A DNA stretch of 64,000 bases from Hormiphora californensis. Its lineage: Eukaryota; Animalia; Ctenophora. This document shows positions 30,655-45,100 of this stretch, piece after piece. Position numbers and translations under genes: made by a program. The notes below the pieces were generated by a model. That model saw only the letters and a program-made list of their open reading frames with translations, did not search any database and was not told where the DNA came from. The stretch spans positions 7,192,001 through 7,256,000 of the forward strand of contig CM035360.1 of assembly GCA_020137815.1 (NCBI GenBank), in the 5' to 3' direction. How positions within the stretch are numbered: the stretch's first letter is position 1; every line of letters begins with the position of its first letter.

Positions 30655-31653
30655 ATTCCAAGAGAATATCCCGACGATCGGGGTCGAATGAAAATTGGGC
30701 TGTTGGACGTTGTTCAACATAGCTCCGTTTTTGGATAGTGTATACTACACTAGAGCTAGTGGGGTTTAGTGCCACTAGATCTAGTGCCAGTCCGTGTATT
30801 GGCCAAGAATGAACTGTAGAGGGAAGGAATCATACAATTACAAAACATTTTTGCTGTGAGTGTGAGTGTTCAATATAGATTTAGTTTGCTGTGACTTAGC
30901 AGGTGCATTACCTATAATAAGTGTTTGGCAGTGCCGACTCGATATGAGGCCGCTATAGCGCGCTAGACATCCATTATCCGACGTGTTTGGAACATATTCA
31001 AGAAGTTTTTATCATTTTGTGAAAGATACGAAACTCATTAACAGTTAATTAGTTAATTTAACTATTACTAATGTAGTATATTGATCGGTCAGAGAAATTA
31101 CAATTTGCACTGAACAAAAGAGTAATAGTGTTATTATTTATCCCATATAAGTGGTCTTCTTATGATATTATAATTGAGCTGTTTAACTTCATCTGATTGA
31201 GCTCGTTACTCAGTGAAATCAATGAGAATGACGTCAACGTGCTCAGTGAGATCAGGAAGGGCAGAATTCTTGTGAAGAGAACTAAATTTCTAAAGTTAGG
31301 GATTTTTATGTTACTTGTTCATCGAACCTAATTGTATTTCAGTTATCCGATAATTGATCGTCAATCATTAAAGATTGTCGACAGCCAAATATTAATTGTA
31401 AATTTCCTATTAACCGTTCCGATGTGAAAAGTTTGCAGTTTGTTGAATGTTTATGTTGCTGCTCTCAACTTATAAGAATTAACTAAAACGAATATAACGA
31501 GTTTAAATTTGTATTGTTGAGACAGAAAATTACACAACAGATGCGATTTTTTGGACGAATGAGCCGCGCGAATGCGTTAATGTTTATTTGCGCGTGCTAT
31601 ATCGCGCGCCATTAGGAACTCATCAGTCATCCTAATATATATATATATATAAG

Positions 31654-32654
31654 GGGCGCCGTTACGATCTGGGTGTTTGGTGGCCTGTTTACAGGTGCGC
31701 GCTGCCAAAAAAGTTGATTCACTAAAATGGCTCTAACCGCCAAACCACTCAACCGTTTTGGCTAATTCAAAGTTTATCTGGTAGGAAATGTCAAGGCCTA
31801 ACCCCAACCCAAACCCCAGCCCTAACCCTAACCCTACTTTAGCCCTAACCCTAAAAAACCGTTTGTCAGCACTCACCAAACACCCAGATTTTAACGCTGG
31901 CCTATATATAAGGGTGGAATCACACCAAGATCTTCGAAAGAATTGTTTCGACGCACCAAACTCAATCACACTGAAAAGTATGGTTGGTTCTTCACAGCAG
32001 GCGTTCAGTTGTTGTGAACGCCTGCTGTGCGCGGCGCATTGGCACGTGCATCTTGGGCGCTGGCAGGCTTTCACATGTTGTAACATATAGAAGCCTGCCA
32101 GCGCCCAAGATGCACGTGCCAATGCGCCGCGCACAGCAGGCGTTCACAACAACTGAACGCCTGCTGGGAAGAACCAACCATACTTTTCAGTGTGATTGAG
32201 TTTGGTGCGTCGAAACAATTCTTTCGAAGATCTTGGTGTGACTCCGCCCTAAGCTCTTACGGTATTCCCACGACCGTGGGAAAAGAGAGATAGATAGAAA
32301 TACTAAGAGAGAGAAATATCTATTTCTATCTATCTCTCTTTTCCCACGGTCGTGGGAATACCGTAAGAGCTTCCACTATTGCAGTCATCTGCAAATCCAG
32401 GCCAGGTTTTTTGGCCAGCGTTAAAATCTGGGTGTTTCGTGAGTGCTGACAAACGGTTTTTAGGGTTAGGGCTAAAGTAGGGTTAGCGTTAGGGTTTGGG
32501 TTGGGGTTAGGCCTTGACATTCCCTACCAGATAAACTTTGAATTAGCCAAAACGGTTGAGTGGTTCGGCGGTTAGAGCCGTTTTAGTGAACCAACTTTTT
32601 TGGCAGCGTGCACCTGTAAACAGGCCACCAAACACCCAGATCGTAACGGCGCCC
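31654..32654. mobile_element. Composite of nested foldbacks: outer ~250-bp arms with telomere-like repeats, inner hairpins at 31912-32249 and 32251-32372
   Basis: Outer gggcgccgttacgatctgggtg TIR. Inner TAA|GGG...CCC|TAA palindrome (Harbinger/Tourist-like). Third hairpin aagctcttacggtattcccacgacc. Confidence 0.8.
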
Positions 32655-33481
32655 AGGGTTTTTAGGAAACGTTAAAAATCTGCCCATGGGTGTTTTGAGT
32701 GTCAGCGCTCGAGGTTTTTCAGGGTTAGGGCTAAACTTTAAAGTAGCCAGTTTAGGGCCGGGGTTCGGGTTTGGTTAACCTTAAATGGTGTTAATAATGG
32801 AACCAACAACATACAATAGTCCCCCATCAGTCTAAGTCTAGCACAATGTTCAAATTGCATTGAATCCATTATCCAATAAGACCCGCAGTTGTTTGAAACG
32901 AGTCAAAACACATTTCAAGTAATTATGATGTTAAATAGTAATAATGACATTAAGGTAAAATTTCGCAATACCGATAACATTAGGAGGATAATATTAGGAG
33001 AAAGAAGGCCGCTATAGACGCAGTGTTAATTTCGGTGTTCTTGAAGTATATCTTTAAGTTCTAGTATAAACGAGTAGTGAACTAGAATATTTAACGCATG
33101 ATAGCGGGATATAAATATTCGATATTATCAGTGAGCCATCAGTATTTATTCCAAAAGGTCATTACTCATTGTAAACCACTAAACCAATGGTTTAGTAAAC
33201 CATCCCCCCTGTTTATAACCCCGCTATATAGCGGGAGAAATCACATAACTCCCATCCCCGTTAGAAGTTTCCTCCCGGCCTTCTGATAAATCCCGCTCTC
33301 CCCGGAGGGATAGTTTAAACAATAAATAACCCCAAGTTGTACTTAGCATGATAATTTGATAACCCCTTCCCTACGGGTCGCCGGTCGGGAATTATCACAC
33401 GTACAACTTATGCTGTAGTATGTAAACTATCATCCAGTCAGACAACAGGCCGGTTACCTATATTATAAAGCAGCTCAGAAT

Positions 33482-34585
33482 TCACAACACAGAGTTTTCA
33501 CTATGACTATTCGGATTCTCAGGCAGCCTACTGTACTTTCTCACCGCTCCGTTTCTCAGTTCGATGGGCTCCGTATGGTAAAGCCTGCTGTTTGGCACAC
33601 AAACATGTGACTCACACTGCGTTGGCCGCTTCATCCCAACAGGCACACTCCGAGGTTTCTTGAGTAGTGTTCGCATCATTGTAGAAATACGGGGCATTCG
33701 AATGAGATAGATTATTGGGTTGATTCCTGCATTGAGAAGGTACGAGATAGGGGTCAGAAAGGCGTAAATGAGAGCGTTGGGATCTATACTGTCGAACCAG
33801 CTCGTGGTTTCTTTGAAGTGAACCAGATATCCCATGAGGAGGAACCAGTAAGGCATGTTGAGGGTGATGTAAACCAGCGTTACCATGACAATAGTCATGC
33901 TAGCGTGTTTGCAGCGTGCACTCCTTGTCTCGTTAGCTAGGGAATTCTCCTTGATCAGCAGGACAAACACAGAAATGAAGCAGGAGATAACTATTGGTAT
34001 TGATGGCCACAAGATGGGTAGTATACCCATAACAACCAACAATACCTTGTAGGTTGTGCTCTCAGAGTGGTAAATAGCCCGGAGGCTGAAGTTGCAACTT
34101 GTCACACTCTGGTAGTACACATACTCCTTGCCGTGGAGGTATGGGAACAAGACCAGAACCAGGATCCCCAGGAAGTAAACACCGACAAATATCTTGAGTG
34201 GTAAAGTGTGTATGTCATGGAGCGGTCTCAGAAGGCTCAGTGTCCGTATGATGCTCTGCAATGCCACTGCCAGGACACTCAAGTTGCTACCAAACACAAA
34301 AAGCATGGCCGTGGTCTGGCATACAAATGGGGAGCCCAGTAGCATCTCCCTTCCCTCAGTGAGGCGAGATATGGAGAATGGCACCATGGAGATAGCCGTG
34401 GCAATGTCAGTTATCACCATGAAGAGGTAGAGGGCGTTGGAGATGTGTCTTCGGGATGTAAAGAAGGCAGGTAAAGCGAGCATGTTGAGGAATGTTCCGG
34501 AGAAACAGGACAGCAATCCAACTGATCCGTACATGATGTTGACTGCTGTAACTGTTGGATTGTACACTGTGGTGTTGTTCGACAT
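33482..34585 (-). CDS. Intronless rhodopsin-class (class A) GPCR, 367 aa
   Basis: Seven hydrophobic segments, TM1 GTFLN, TM2 Asp, TM3 Cys and Arg (SIIR), ECL2 Cys, TM6 NMP, TM7 NPIIY and N-terminal sequons. A splice acceptor lies just upstream of the ATG. Confidence 0.92.
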   Translation of the reverse strand: MSNNTTVYNPTVTAVNIMYGSVGLLSCFSGTFLNMLALPAFFTSRRHISNALYLFMVITDIATAISMVPFSISRLTEGREMLLGSPFVCQTTAMLFVFGSNLSVLAVALQSIIRTLSLLRPLHDIHTLPLKIFVGVYFLGILVLVLFPYLHGKEYVYYQSVTSCNFSLRAIYHSESTTYKVLLVVMGILPILWPSIPIVISCFISVFVLLIKENSLANETRSARCKHASMTIVMVTLVYITLNMPYWFLLMGYLVHFKETTSWFDSIDPNALIYAFLTPISYLLNAGINPIIYLIRMPRISTMMRTLLKKPRSVPVGMKRPTQCESHVCVPNSRLYHTEPIELRNGAVRKYSRLPENPNSHSENSVL

Positions 34586-35501
34586 CTTGTAATCCTGGAG
34601 AAATAGTAGTTTGGTTAGCTTGTTGGTTAGCTTGTTGGTTAGCTTGTGAGTCGTGGCGGGGTTTGATCATATAATTTGATCATATGAATAACTATGCAGT
34701 GATCAAATAGAGACTTGTCAATCATCTAAAGGATAACTTATCCTAACTGGCATTGCTAAGCGTTGTAGTAATTAATGGTTTCCTAGCAGTCCATCACTTA
34801 AGGCACAAGCTAGGATGTTATAGGACTATGCAAGAACTTTACAAGACGAAGATGCGACTGAAGACAAGCTAAATGATGGTCTAATATGAAAAGTTACCGG
34901 CCACTTCTGATTCGATCGGCCACTATTAGATAGGATGGACTGCCGACTGATACACACGCCAGTCACCAGAGTATATTTCAAATATAAACTAGGAGTATAG
35001 ACGGTAGTTTAGGAGATTCTAGAAATAGGGGACTGAAATATTACAAAACAAGTTAAAGATTGTATCAGATAACACATTTACCGTTATCTAACATGGAATA
35101 TGGTAGAAGGAAGTCTGTACACTACACGTGCTGTGATCGGTACACAGATAATATATCAATACATGTACCTAGATCACTGTAGTACAACCTCAATAGATTG
35201 AGGTGGCGGGAATTAATACACGTTATTGAATATAATAGGAGCAACTAGTAGTCGATTAGGATCGGCTCAACCAAGAATTGACAGCTGCTGATAGAAAACA
35301 CATGAATATTGAACATGCATGCTACTACATTATAGCATATATTATAATTGAGTTCATCTGACTCAGAATTAATAATTTAATAATTTATATAGGTTCTGAA
35401 ACATTGCTTGGCAGTTGCAGATCCAACCTGATGAACTCTCTTTTACCTTTAGTAATGATAATGCTATTAAATCATAGACTAAGTTTCTTTCCTTTTCTCT
35501 T

Positions 35502-35598
<97 letters not shown>

Positions 35599-36137
35599 GT
35601 CCCCCTCTCTTTACGTATTATATATTTATCTCTCTTCTTCTCTCGTTGATCCTACATAAACGCTCACTTAGCGAACGTAATTTGGATTGCATTTATATAT
35701 TTTAGGACTCAAATAGCTGTACACCGAAAATATGCAACAACCTCCCAGTAAAAGAAAACAACTAGTGGCCTGACTGACAAATCTAAACTTGGAAGTCCTA
35801 CATTGCGCAATGTGCGATTTATGTAAACTGCGGGCGGGTGATTTTATACGTCGGACCATAAGTGACCATATACTGTTATGTTCTATAATAACAGTTTCTA
35901 TTTACTTTGATATGAACTATCAGATCATGAACAAACATCATGCAAGCTCTAAAACATCTAGAGAAGCTAGAAATCAATTATAAATTTGCTTACTTTTCAA
36001 CACATACGAATTAATGTGTCAAAACGGAAATCTATGCTGCAGGGATCACCTGAATCTGAGGCGAGCAGATTGTTCTGTAAAAGTCAATTCTTGATTTACT
36101 GTAGGATTGTTTGGGATGTGGATTTTAAGTTCAGATT

Positions 36138-36562
36138 GTGGTAAAGGCGGACTGGGTGGAACCTGGGTAGGTGGGGAAACACGTCCGGAGCGTGGGAGGT
36201 CATAACAAGTCAAAACACGGATATATGTTCGTATGACCTCCCACGCCCCGGACGTGTTTCTCCGCCCACCCCGTCCGCCTGTACCACAGAAATTTAATCG
36301 ATCGTGAATTTCAGCCGTAAAAAAGATAACAACCTGTCAGAACATTGGCCTGACAGATAGGAACGGAAAATCAAGAATGTTACAAACAGTGGTGCTCCGT
36401 CATATTGGCCGCCCGTACAGCGACGCTCAAAGCGTTGTCCACGACGTCCAAAACGTGCAAAAAGAATTCAATATCAGCGGACTGCGTCTTAGTCATGGAC
36501 AAAGCTTTGGGCGACGCTTCATGCGGGCGGCCAATATGACAGAGTGCCACAGAATCTAACAT
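36138..36562. mobile_element. Two adjacent degenerate hairpin MITEs (~36138-36288, ~36378-36561) flanking a 23-bp solo element
   Basis: Inverted acacgtccgg.gcgtgggaggtcata and gtcatattggccgcccg arms. Confidence 0.6.
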
Positions 36563-37597
36563 GTGTAATTTGCTTGTTCAACAACAACACACGAGATTAA
36601 TAACACTGAACATACCGGGCTATAATTAGTTGTGGGTGTTTGGTTCCTCTTAAATAATGATAATCGTTTAAATTTCTTATGTAACAATTATAGTCAGACT
36701 GATAAAAATAGCGTGGCAGGAAACCATGTGTGCAATTATTTCATCTTCTTTCGAAAAGAAACTTAACAATGGTCCACTGAGGTATAATGGAACCCTGAAC
36801 CTGCTAAAAACTTGTCTTCCTGGACTCTCTACGCGACTCTTTCACTGTGTTCCGGTGAAGGAGGGGTTAAAAACAATTAGCTACATGAAAATATACTGCT
36901 CTATATTTATAGTCCATGTATACAGTATACATATCATATAGTATACATGAAGAACAAAATGATATAAGCGCAGCTTCCTTGAATTTTGCATTAAATGCTC
37001 TAAATATAATACATACCAGCAACTTCTCGTTCAAAAGCAAGAACTTGTAAACCTACTTTTCAATTAGTCGGCCATGACCAAAAACCAAAAGTAAGCATTA
37101 ATTTAACCCTGCTATAGGCCCTCGGAATGCGGTCAGACTGTGCGTTGTCCACAAGCAAGCGTTACGTCAAAGTAACACGTCATATGAGTACCTTCTAGAT
37201 GTTTCTAAATCTACTTCTAGGTACTTTAGGGTTGGGCGGACCTTGCTACTACATATTATATCATGAGATGGCTTGTCGGAAGAGCTTTGTTAACTCTTTG
37301 CAGGCTAGTCTCAGATAATGATAATTTGGAAATTATTGCAGTGTAATATATTTCCCATACTCTGACTCATAACTTTTGACACACCGCCTCCCACACCGCC
37401 TATCCTTATACTATGCAATTATAAAATAAGAAAAGTATAATGGTTGTGCAATTTGAGGATCTCCATATCTTAGACCATCTGAAAAAATTTAAAAAAAGTC
37501 CCAGTACTGGGAGTCCCACTGACTTCGTATCGACTATCGCTATGTTGGCCGAGTGGTGGTCACTCAGACTTGACTATAGATATATGTACATATGTAG

Positions 37598-37704
37598 TAT
37601 AATCGGTTCAAATTTCAGCGTTAGTTCCGGACAGATCTTGACATGTCTGATCACTATAGTGATCAGACCTGTCCGGAACTAAAGCCGAAATTTAAACCGA
37701 TTAT
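37598..37704. mobile_element. ~105-bp hairpin MITE
   Basis: tataatcggtt.aaatttc.gc.ttagttccggacag and its reverse complement. Confidence 0.65.
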
Positions 37705-40700
37705 AATAATATGCGTTGGCATATAATGCGTGACGAATCTAGATCTAGATTCGTATCACGATAGTGTACCTCTGCAGAGTTACGAAGCGACTGGCCTGCG
37801 CCCTACACTTTAGGATATTTTATAGGGTATATATCATGTCAAATGTCAATATATGCGAAAATAGTTGCGATAGGCAGATGTATATTTAATTATTCTAGAC
37901 TATCTGAGATAGATTATCGAACCCTGTGAGCTATAGGTATCTATTGGATGCAGTAGCTGTTAATGATGCTCTTACTCGGCGCTCTATGTAATTCTATTGA
38001 TGCAACACGTTCTTGATGCAACACGTTATAATGCAGCGTGCACGTGTAGCGCATATATACGGGCAGGAAATATCCCCCACCAACTATAGGTGTATGATGA
38101 ATTTCGAATTATATAACAGACAGCAGGACAACATAATATGGAACATTATTAACTAAAGCGAAACACGCCAGAGATATCTAAGCGAAAAGAAACGTTACTA
38201 CAGTGGTAACTGTAAGGACTAAGGAGGAAGCAAAATGGATTCCTGTATGATTCAACTATAGTACCACAAATCTTATTAAATGGAAATTTGCCTGGAATGT
38301 TTTTGTTGTGTGCATGCATTGTGTTGACCAAAGCTGCTTCACCAGATTAGTAACGCAATTACCCCTACATTGCAATGCCTACTATCGCAATGCCCTCTAC
38401 AGAGGGGTAATTTCGTTACCAATTCATCAGATCACTTTCTCACACGGGGGCCAAGATCAAGTCACATATAATTCTAGTTTTCAGTATTCAGATTAGGATA
38501 AGTACCCTGGATATAAGAGTAGAAAATCTACCCGACAATAATTTTCATACCAAATAGCGGTCTAGATAAAGGGAGAACTTTTCAGCCCTGTCATCAAGTT
38601 GCAATTGAAACGTGTTGATGGGTCAGGTGCTCAGACATTAGCGACAAAATAGTGTCTCTATAATGCGACTGCAATAACCCAAATGAATATGTGTGTGTCT
38701 AGAAAATAAGAATAAGTGAAACAATTTCTGCAGGAAGGACTGTCTAGTTTTGCCACACCGTGTTTACAGCTGGGATAAACCTGTCAAAACTATATATGTT
38801 CCCTTCCGTAATATGCGTACTGTAACTGAGAGCAGTATAATTAGCTGCTGGTTACATTCCAGTGAAATTCACTAGGAAGTTCACGGTTAGTTTCGAACTA
38901 ATCTACAATTTATTTCTGGAGTCATTGATTGGAAGTGGTATAATAATGAAACAGGAATGAGCTCTAAACACAGCAACTTTTATCCGCGGATAATATAAAT
39001 TACCTCGCTAAAATGCATTATATTCCGACCCTGTCAGAGCATTAGCCTTCAACAGTTTCGATCCCCCAAAAACGCCTTCAGAAAAGCAGCTAAACCTTTC
39101 TTCAGTGTTATAATTGCGGATACATCATGTTTACCAGCCGTATACAACAATAGCTTACATAAGTAACTGCTTTGAAGCGACGATAGGCTCAAAGCGTGCA
39201 GCCGTGAATAATATTAGGGGCTCGGGGTCTCCTTTATATTAAACAATAGGAGCTCTTTGGAGAGGCTCAGGATTGGAGGAGAACATATATAGTGTCCTGT
39301 GATGTACACAAATTATTTGCTTCAGACATCAGTCATTACATGCACGGAGAGAGAAAGTATATCCACTGATATTACTGATAGCAATATGTACCAATAAATT
39401 TCCTGATATAAAGAAATAATCCCATCGCTTAGCTACTTCGTTAGTGAGTGAATTCATAAATAAAACATGAGACCTTAGCTTAGTTTAGTGGGGTGCCATA
39501 CATAAGAATAATTATTGTCAGTATTAAAATCGTTTAAATACTTATGATTTATGCTACCGTCCTAGGCTGAGTAAAGCTAGTATATAAGTGCACATGTACC
39601 AATCAGTAGCCAGCTAGGCTGCATCAGTTCACACCATGGTGTGCGCTTCACGAGAGTGACACTGATTTACTGATGATACCTGCTGCAGGCCTCCCACAAC
39701 AATTCGATACCATTGAAAGAATGTCTTAATGATTTTTATCTCTCTCCTGATAGAGATCTATACCAATGCTGAGCTCTATCCTCTCAGCTCTATCTATCTA
39801 TATACTTATCTCGCGCTTCTCTCTCATCGTTGATAATCTTCAACGTCTGATTGCTGCAGTGATTGAACTTTGATGAAGATAAGTAGAACGTCCATTAATT
39901 TAGCCATTCAGAGAGAGCGATCAGCGGAATATAACAGTCGTCAACTCTCAAATCCGAGTGATCTAACGTTGTTCTGTCAGTCCACTGTCTTATTTTTACT
40001 ACTCTCTGATCCTCGTCTCTCTTATGACGCTTGATAATTCCTTTCACACGGTCTGATGATTGCTGCATGTCGTGATGTCGAAACGTTAGCATGGAAGAAT
40101 AAGTAGAACGGCATTAATTATGTAGCCATTCAGAGAGCGATTCAGCGGGAATATAATAACAAGTCGGCAGACCCACGAGATCAGGAAGGAAGATCTAAAC
40201 AGTTGTTCTGTCAGATACACACACCTGGTAATTATTTGGCCACATTGATGCCTGAGTGAGATCGAGGTCGCGCAGCGACCGAGATCGATCTCACATCTAG
40301 GCCTCCGGCGCGTTATTGATTTTAGAGCAAACTTTTTCAAAGACCTGGCTGCAAGGAACTACTGAACCGATTTGCATCTCGTTTGTTGCTCCTGGCAGAT
40401 AATTGTCTCTAGTTTTACGGAAAATACCCGCGAATATCAGCATTTGAGGAATAGTGGGTCAAAATTGACGCTAAACATGAGCAATTCTTTAAAGACCTGG
40501 CTGCAAGCTCCTACTCGGTCCTGGGACAATCTGCGGGTACTGGGTGAATCGTCATGGCCTTGTGAGTATGGGAAAATACCCGCCGATACATCAAAGTGCC
40601 AATTGAGGCGATAATTGGGGTTTTGGTAGTGCTATGTCGGCTAAAAATGCCTGCTAAAACAGTATATCGCGCGCGATTTGATAGTCCCACTGCTGAAAAC

Positions 40701-41489
40701 GTGCTTTACATCGCGCGCACGTGAGTTCTTGCTGTCCACAGGCCGGGAGCCTATTCTTCGCGGAGCGAGAATAGGTTGCAATGGAGCCAAGGTAATTATA
40801 TGATGTTGAAATGACTTCCTTGATCACATACACAGTGCTATTGTTATGAGCGGCAGGGAGTCTGTTGTAAGAACTGTGTGATGAAAGCAATCCAGCAATG
40901 AATTGCACACTTGAGAGTTTTCAAAAGTCGTGAATTAATATTTCGGTGTCAATGTCATCAGGATTAGCTCTGATCGGAATTGTAAGCTAAATCAGGCATG
41001 TTTCATGGTAATTGTTTGAATAAAGGTCGAGTTATCGCGGTACAGCACATTATAGATCTGACACTGAGCACCAGCTGTATTTCAAAGACCACTGGGAATG
41101 ATGGCAAATTGAGCGCTGTATATATAGCTCTCCTTACCTTTCTCCAACAAGCTAAAGACGTGCACACTAATCACCATATGACACACTCACACAGCTGGAG
41201 ATAAAGAGAGAGAACCATTTATCGGGCATATTAGACGTAATGTATAAAGGTTAATGATTATATAGCAATGTGCTATACAGTTCCAAACATTGTCTATAGA
41301 AACAAGATATGAATTAATTCTTTATTACTCTTTATCCTAAGGAAATAATATCAAAAATTCATTTCCACTTAACTAACATTGTCATAGACCTAGTAACAGC
41401 TGCTTTCGGCATCTCCACAGCTGTGATTTAGAACTATACAAGAGGTGATGTCCCCCGCGGGGGTAATGTCTTGATCTTGTAGCCCCAAA

Positions 41490-42008
41490 TCACGTGTTCA
41501 ACATGTTTTTCCAGGCCCTACGAGAGCCAGAGTTGCTTCCAAAGTAGGATGAAGCAGCCCTCAGAACGTGGTTAGTAGACTGGCTTGAAGGAAGTCTGTT
41601 TAACTGGAATCGTTTCCATGTCGTCTGAACTACCTCATATTGAGCCTGGTGGATCAGAGAAAGAGTTAGAATGAGCTTAGATTTCTATTCCTCTGAAACA
41701 TACAGTGCCTCATATTACGAACGACACTCTGTCGTGAAAGCTAGGGAACCTGTCGGCTGTCAGCTGCCACACAGGAATATGTGTATCATAATTCATACCT
41801 GATCCCTTGACTCCAATATCTTTTCACGTTCCCTGCGAAGTGTATCTCTGATATTTCCCAATCCATTATAGGCCAGTCTGCCTCGTACAGTGCTCTTGAC
41901 ATTCAGCACTGCCCCAAGTCGAGGGAAGGCCGGAATCTTCTCTGTCATCGGAATCGGCTTCGGTCTGAAGTTGCAGTATATGGTGAGGTCAGCTTTATAC
42001 AGTGACAT
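41490..42008 (-). CDS. Putative small two-exon basic protein (~120 aa), or alternative 3' exons of the giant repeat gene
   Basis: Exon 41799-42008 (MSLYKAD...ESRDQ|gtatga) joins in frame to 41490-41645 (ccag|AQYEVVQTTWKRF...NMLNT*). No recognisable domain. Confidence 0.5.
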
Positions 42009-42193
42009 CCAATAAGATGAGATGAGATCGTTCAAGAAATGATGTTGATTAGAACTACTTCAAAATGTGATTCATCATGACAATAAATGAAGGTCCTGAC
42101 ATGACAAAGTATTCAGCTGTGCTACATTGCAACTTTTCAAGTTAGAGCTTTTCCCAGGAGCATTAACATAATGTTCTAGCCTATTCCTTATTA

Positions 42194-45100
42194 TTATAAT
42201 GATTCTGAGGAACATGCTATAGCTTTCCTTTGCACGTCTGGAAGCCTTGCAAGGGTTCTCTTGGAGCGAAAGAAATTGGCAACGTTTTGACTAAAACTCT
42301 GGACTAACTTTCGGTTAATTCTAAAACAAGAATAGCACTATCCAAAGAGCTGAGTTAATAATGGCTCCGCAACACTAAACTATTTGTTTATTGAGAAATA
42401 GCCATGAACTGGAAACAAACCCGAGTCCATGCAACTGTTGAACGACTTAAGACAGGCTCTACTTACGCTCTCGAGCGGCCAGATGCCGCTGTTAGGGTGG
42501 TAGACTGTCTCTCTAGTCGATCCTGGACAGTATCATCAAATGGATCATAACCTGGAAATGCAAAGTCTCATTTAAAGTTTCTAAAACAGAGAGGAAATGT
42601 ATACCGAGTTTGGAAAAAACTAGGATTATAAAAGATTTAGGAATTAAAATATGGCTCATATGAACTTCATTATATCCGCTGGAAGGATATGAAGCTGAAA
42701 TGTTCCTAAATATTTACTTGTTATATCAAGACGTCTCCCTTCTTCTGTTCTATACTCCTGAAAATATAATAATTATTAGGGAAAGAATAACAACATTATT
42801 AGGCCAGCGTTCCAGGTTGGTTTCATAGAATAGATAGTTCAGCTGCAGTAGGTACCTGGTTTATAAGATCGAACACATAGTTAGTGGCACAGTATGGTGC
42901 CAAGCTGGCCCTGCTCTCGGGGCGTTTCTTGTTCCTCTCAGCCCTCAACTGATCCCGCAGGATCTCCAATGCACGAATGCTTGTTGATTCTCGAGACATG
43001 GGTGGAGGCTTTGGTACTCCTAGTGGGAGTGTAAAGAAATGTAAATCCTAATGGTTGCAACACACGACGGAAAAATAAGCAGATGAGTTAAAAACTAACG
43101 TTGTATTAGGGAAGGAAGGGGTTGATCTTTTATCGAGACTTGAGTCTTCTTTCTCTCAGGAGGCTTAGGAGCTGTTGTAATGGGTGGAAGATGGCTGAAG
43201 TCTGGGGTAGCAGTAGCAGCGCTCTTGGTCCTCCCTTCTTCTCGGGACGACTTTCTGCTGGTAGCTCTAGTTGGTGTGCAGGATTTACTTGAACCTCGAA
43301 TACTGGCACTGAATTCACTGTAATGCGGAGAACTTGCTTTCGATGAAGAAGCTCTGCTACTCTCTGATTTTGAAGTGGCTCTGCTGATCGCTGCTTTTGA
43401 TGAACCTCTGCTACTCTCTGATTTTGAAGAGGCTGTGCTACTTTCTGCTTTTGATGAGGCTCTGCTACTCGCTGCTTTCGAAGAGGCTCTGCTACTCTCT
43501 GCTTCGGAAAGTTTTGATGATGTTTTTGTTAGTGGTCGTTTGCTTGACGCTTTCGAGGACTCTCTCGCTATCGATAGTTCACTTGATGATGAGCTGCCAT
43601 CGCTTCCTTCAGAAGAATCAAACTTCGTTTGGAGGGCTGCCTTAGCTGCGATTGAAGATCTTGAAGTCTTCCCGGAGGCACGGCTGACAGCCTTTGCCTC
43701 TTCCTCTGAACTTGAAGAGCTGGAAGAGCTGTGTTTGCTGCTAGCTCGACTGGAGTGACGGCTAGAATGTTTGCTAGAGCGCTTACTCGAAGCTTTGGAG
43801 ATGGGTCTCTCTGGAGAAGTATCGGAACTGGAACTCTTAGCTGCCTCAAAGAGAGAATCGTCAGATGAATCGTCAGATGAATATCCTTCTTTAGACACAG
43901 CTTTTCTGGCGGAGGAGGCTTTCCCAGATGTCCTACTTTTAAACTCTCCTGTTGATTTTTTAGATGCGCTACTTTCTGTCCTGCTCGGGGATTTGGTTGG
44001 GGATTTGGTTGACGCTTTGCTCAAAGTACCGGATTTAGAGCTCGTGTCGCTCTCGCTGGAAACCTTAGCGTAACTCTTCTTGGAAGTCCGACTTATCACA
44101 GCACCTTCACTTGCCTCTGAGTCGCTAGATGTCTTACTTCCCGACCTGTGAGACTGTTTTTCAATGCCTCCAGAAGACTTTACCAGATTTACTGCTCCGA
44201 CTGCTTGCTCTGGAAGATTTATCTGAAGGTAAAATCATTTCTTCCAACTGATCCAAAGCATCTTCAAACATACCAGGCGATGAGGATTTATCAGACCCAG
44301 ATGATTTAGGTGAATCTTTTCCAGATATTCGTGAGTGACCAGACTTTTTACCAGACTTTTTATCTTCGTCACTTGAAAAATATATCTGAATAGCCATCTT
44401 CGGACGAACTTTCTTTCTCTTTTGGTTCAGAGCTCTTCTTAGAGACTGCACTGGCTGCAAACTCTTGTGCGTCTAGAATCCTGGAGCGGTTAGATGCGGA
44501 AGGAAGTTAGGGCGAGCTAAGTTTGACACTGGGTACAGGGGTATCATCACCGCTACTCTCCTGTCCCAGCTGCACTTCATCATCCAACTCGAACCCAACC
44601 ATACTCATCGGTTTGGAGCGGGACTTACTTCGGTAACTAATCATACTCCCGGGTGATTTCTTGTCTGCTTTGTATTGCTTTTCCTCCTCAGATGATTGGT
44701 CGCTGCTGTGATGAGATTTAACAGGCTCTGCTTGGGGTTAGTGTGGCAGTTGAGGAGCCAGTTGGGGGTCGAGGTGTAGGCAGAACCATGGTCACTTTGG
44801 CCGCGTGCCAACTCTGGGGTTCCAGACTCTCCCTGCAGCTTCCTGAGATATTTCTTTTCCTCCAAATACTCTGTCTCTGCCCTTATGCTTGATTGAGCAC
44901 TGCTCACACTGCTCCTACTGGCTGTATGGCGGGATGAGCGACCCCCTCGTGGAGGTTTTTGAGGTGAACACATTGCTTTCATTGGGCTCAGAGTGTCAGA
45001 ACCTCGAGAACCCAACCTAAGGTCTAGATCAACTTGCTTGCCACCGTGTGGTGTCCCAGATTTATGTGATGCTGCAGAATAATGACCACTTTTCGCAGAC

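Noticed and set aside
33482-34585. Opsin identity for either GPCR
   Set aside because: Neither has a TM7 lysine at the retinal-binding position.
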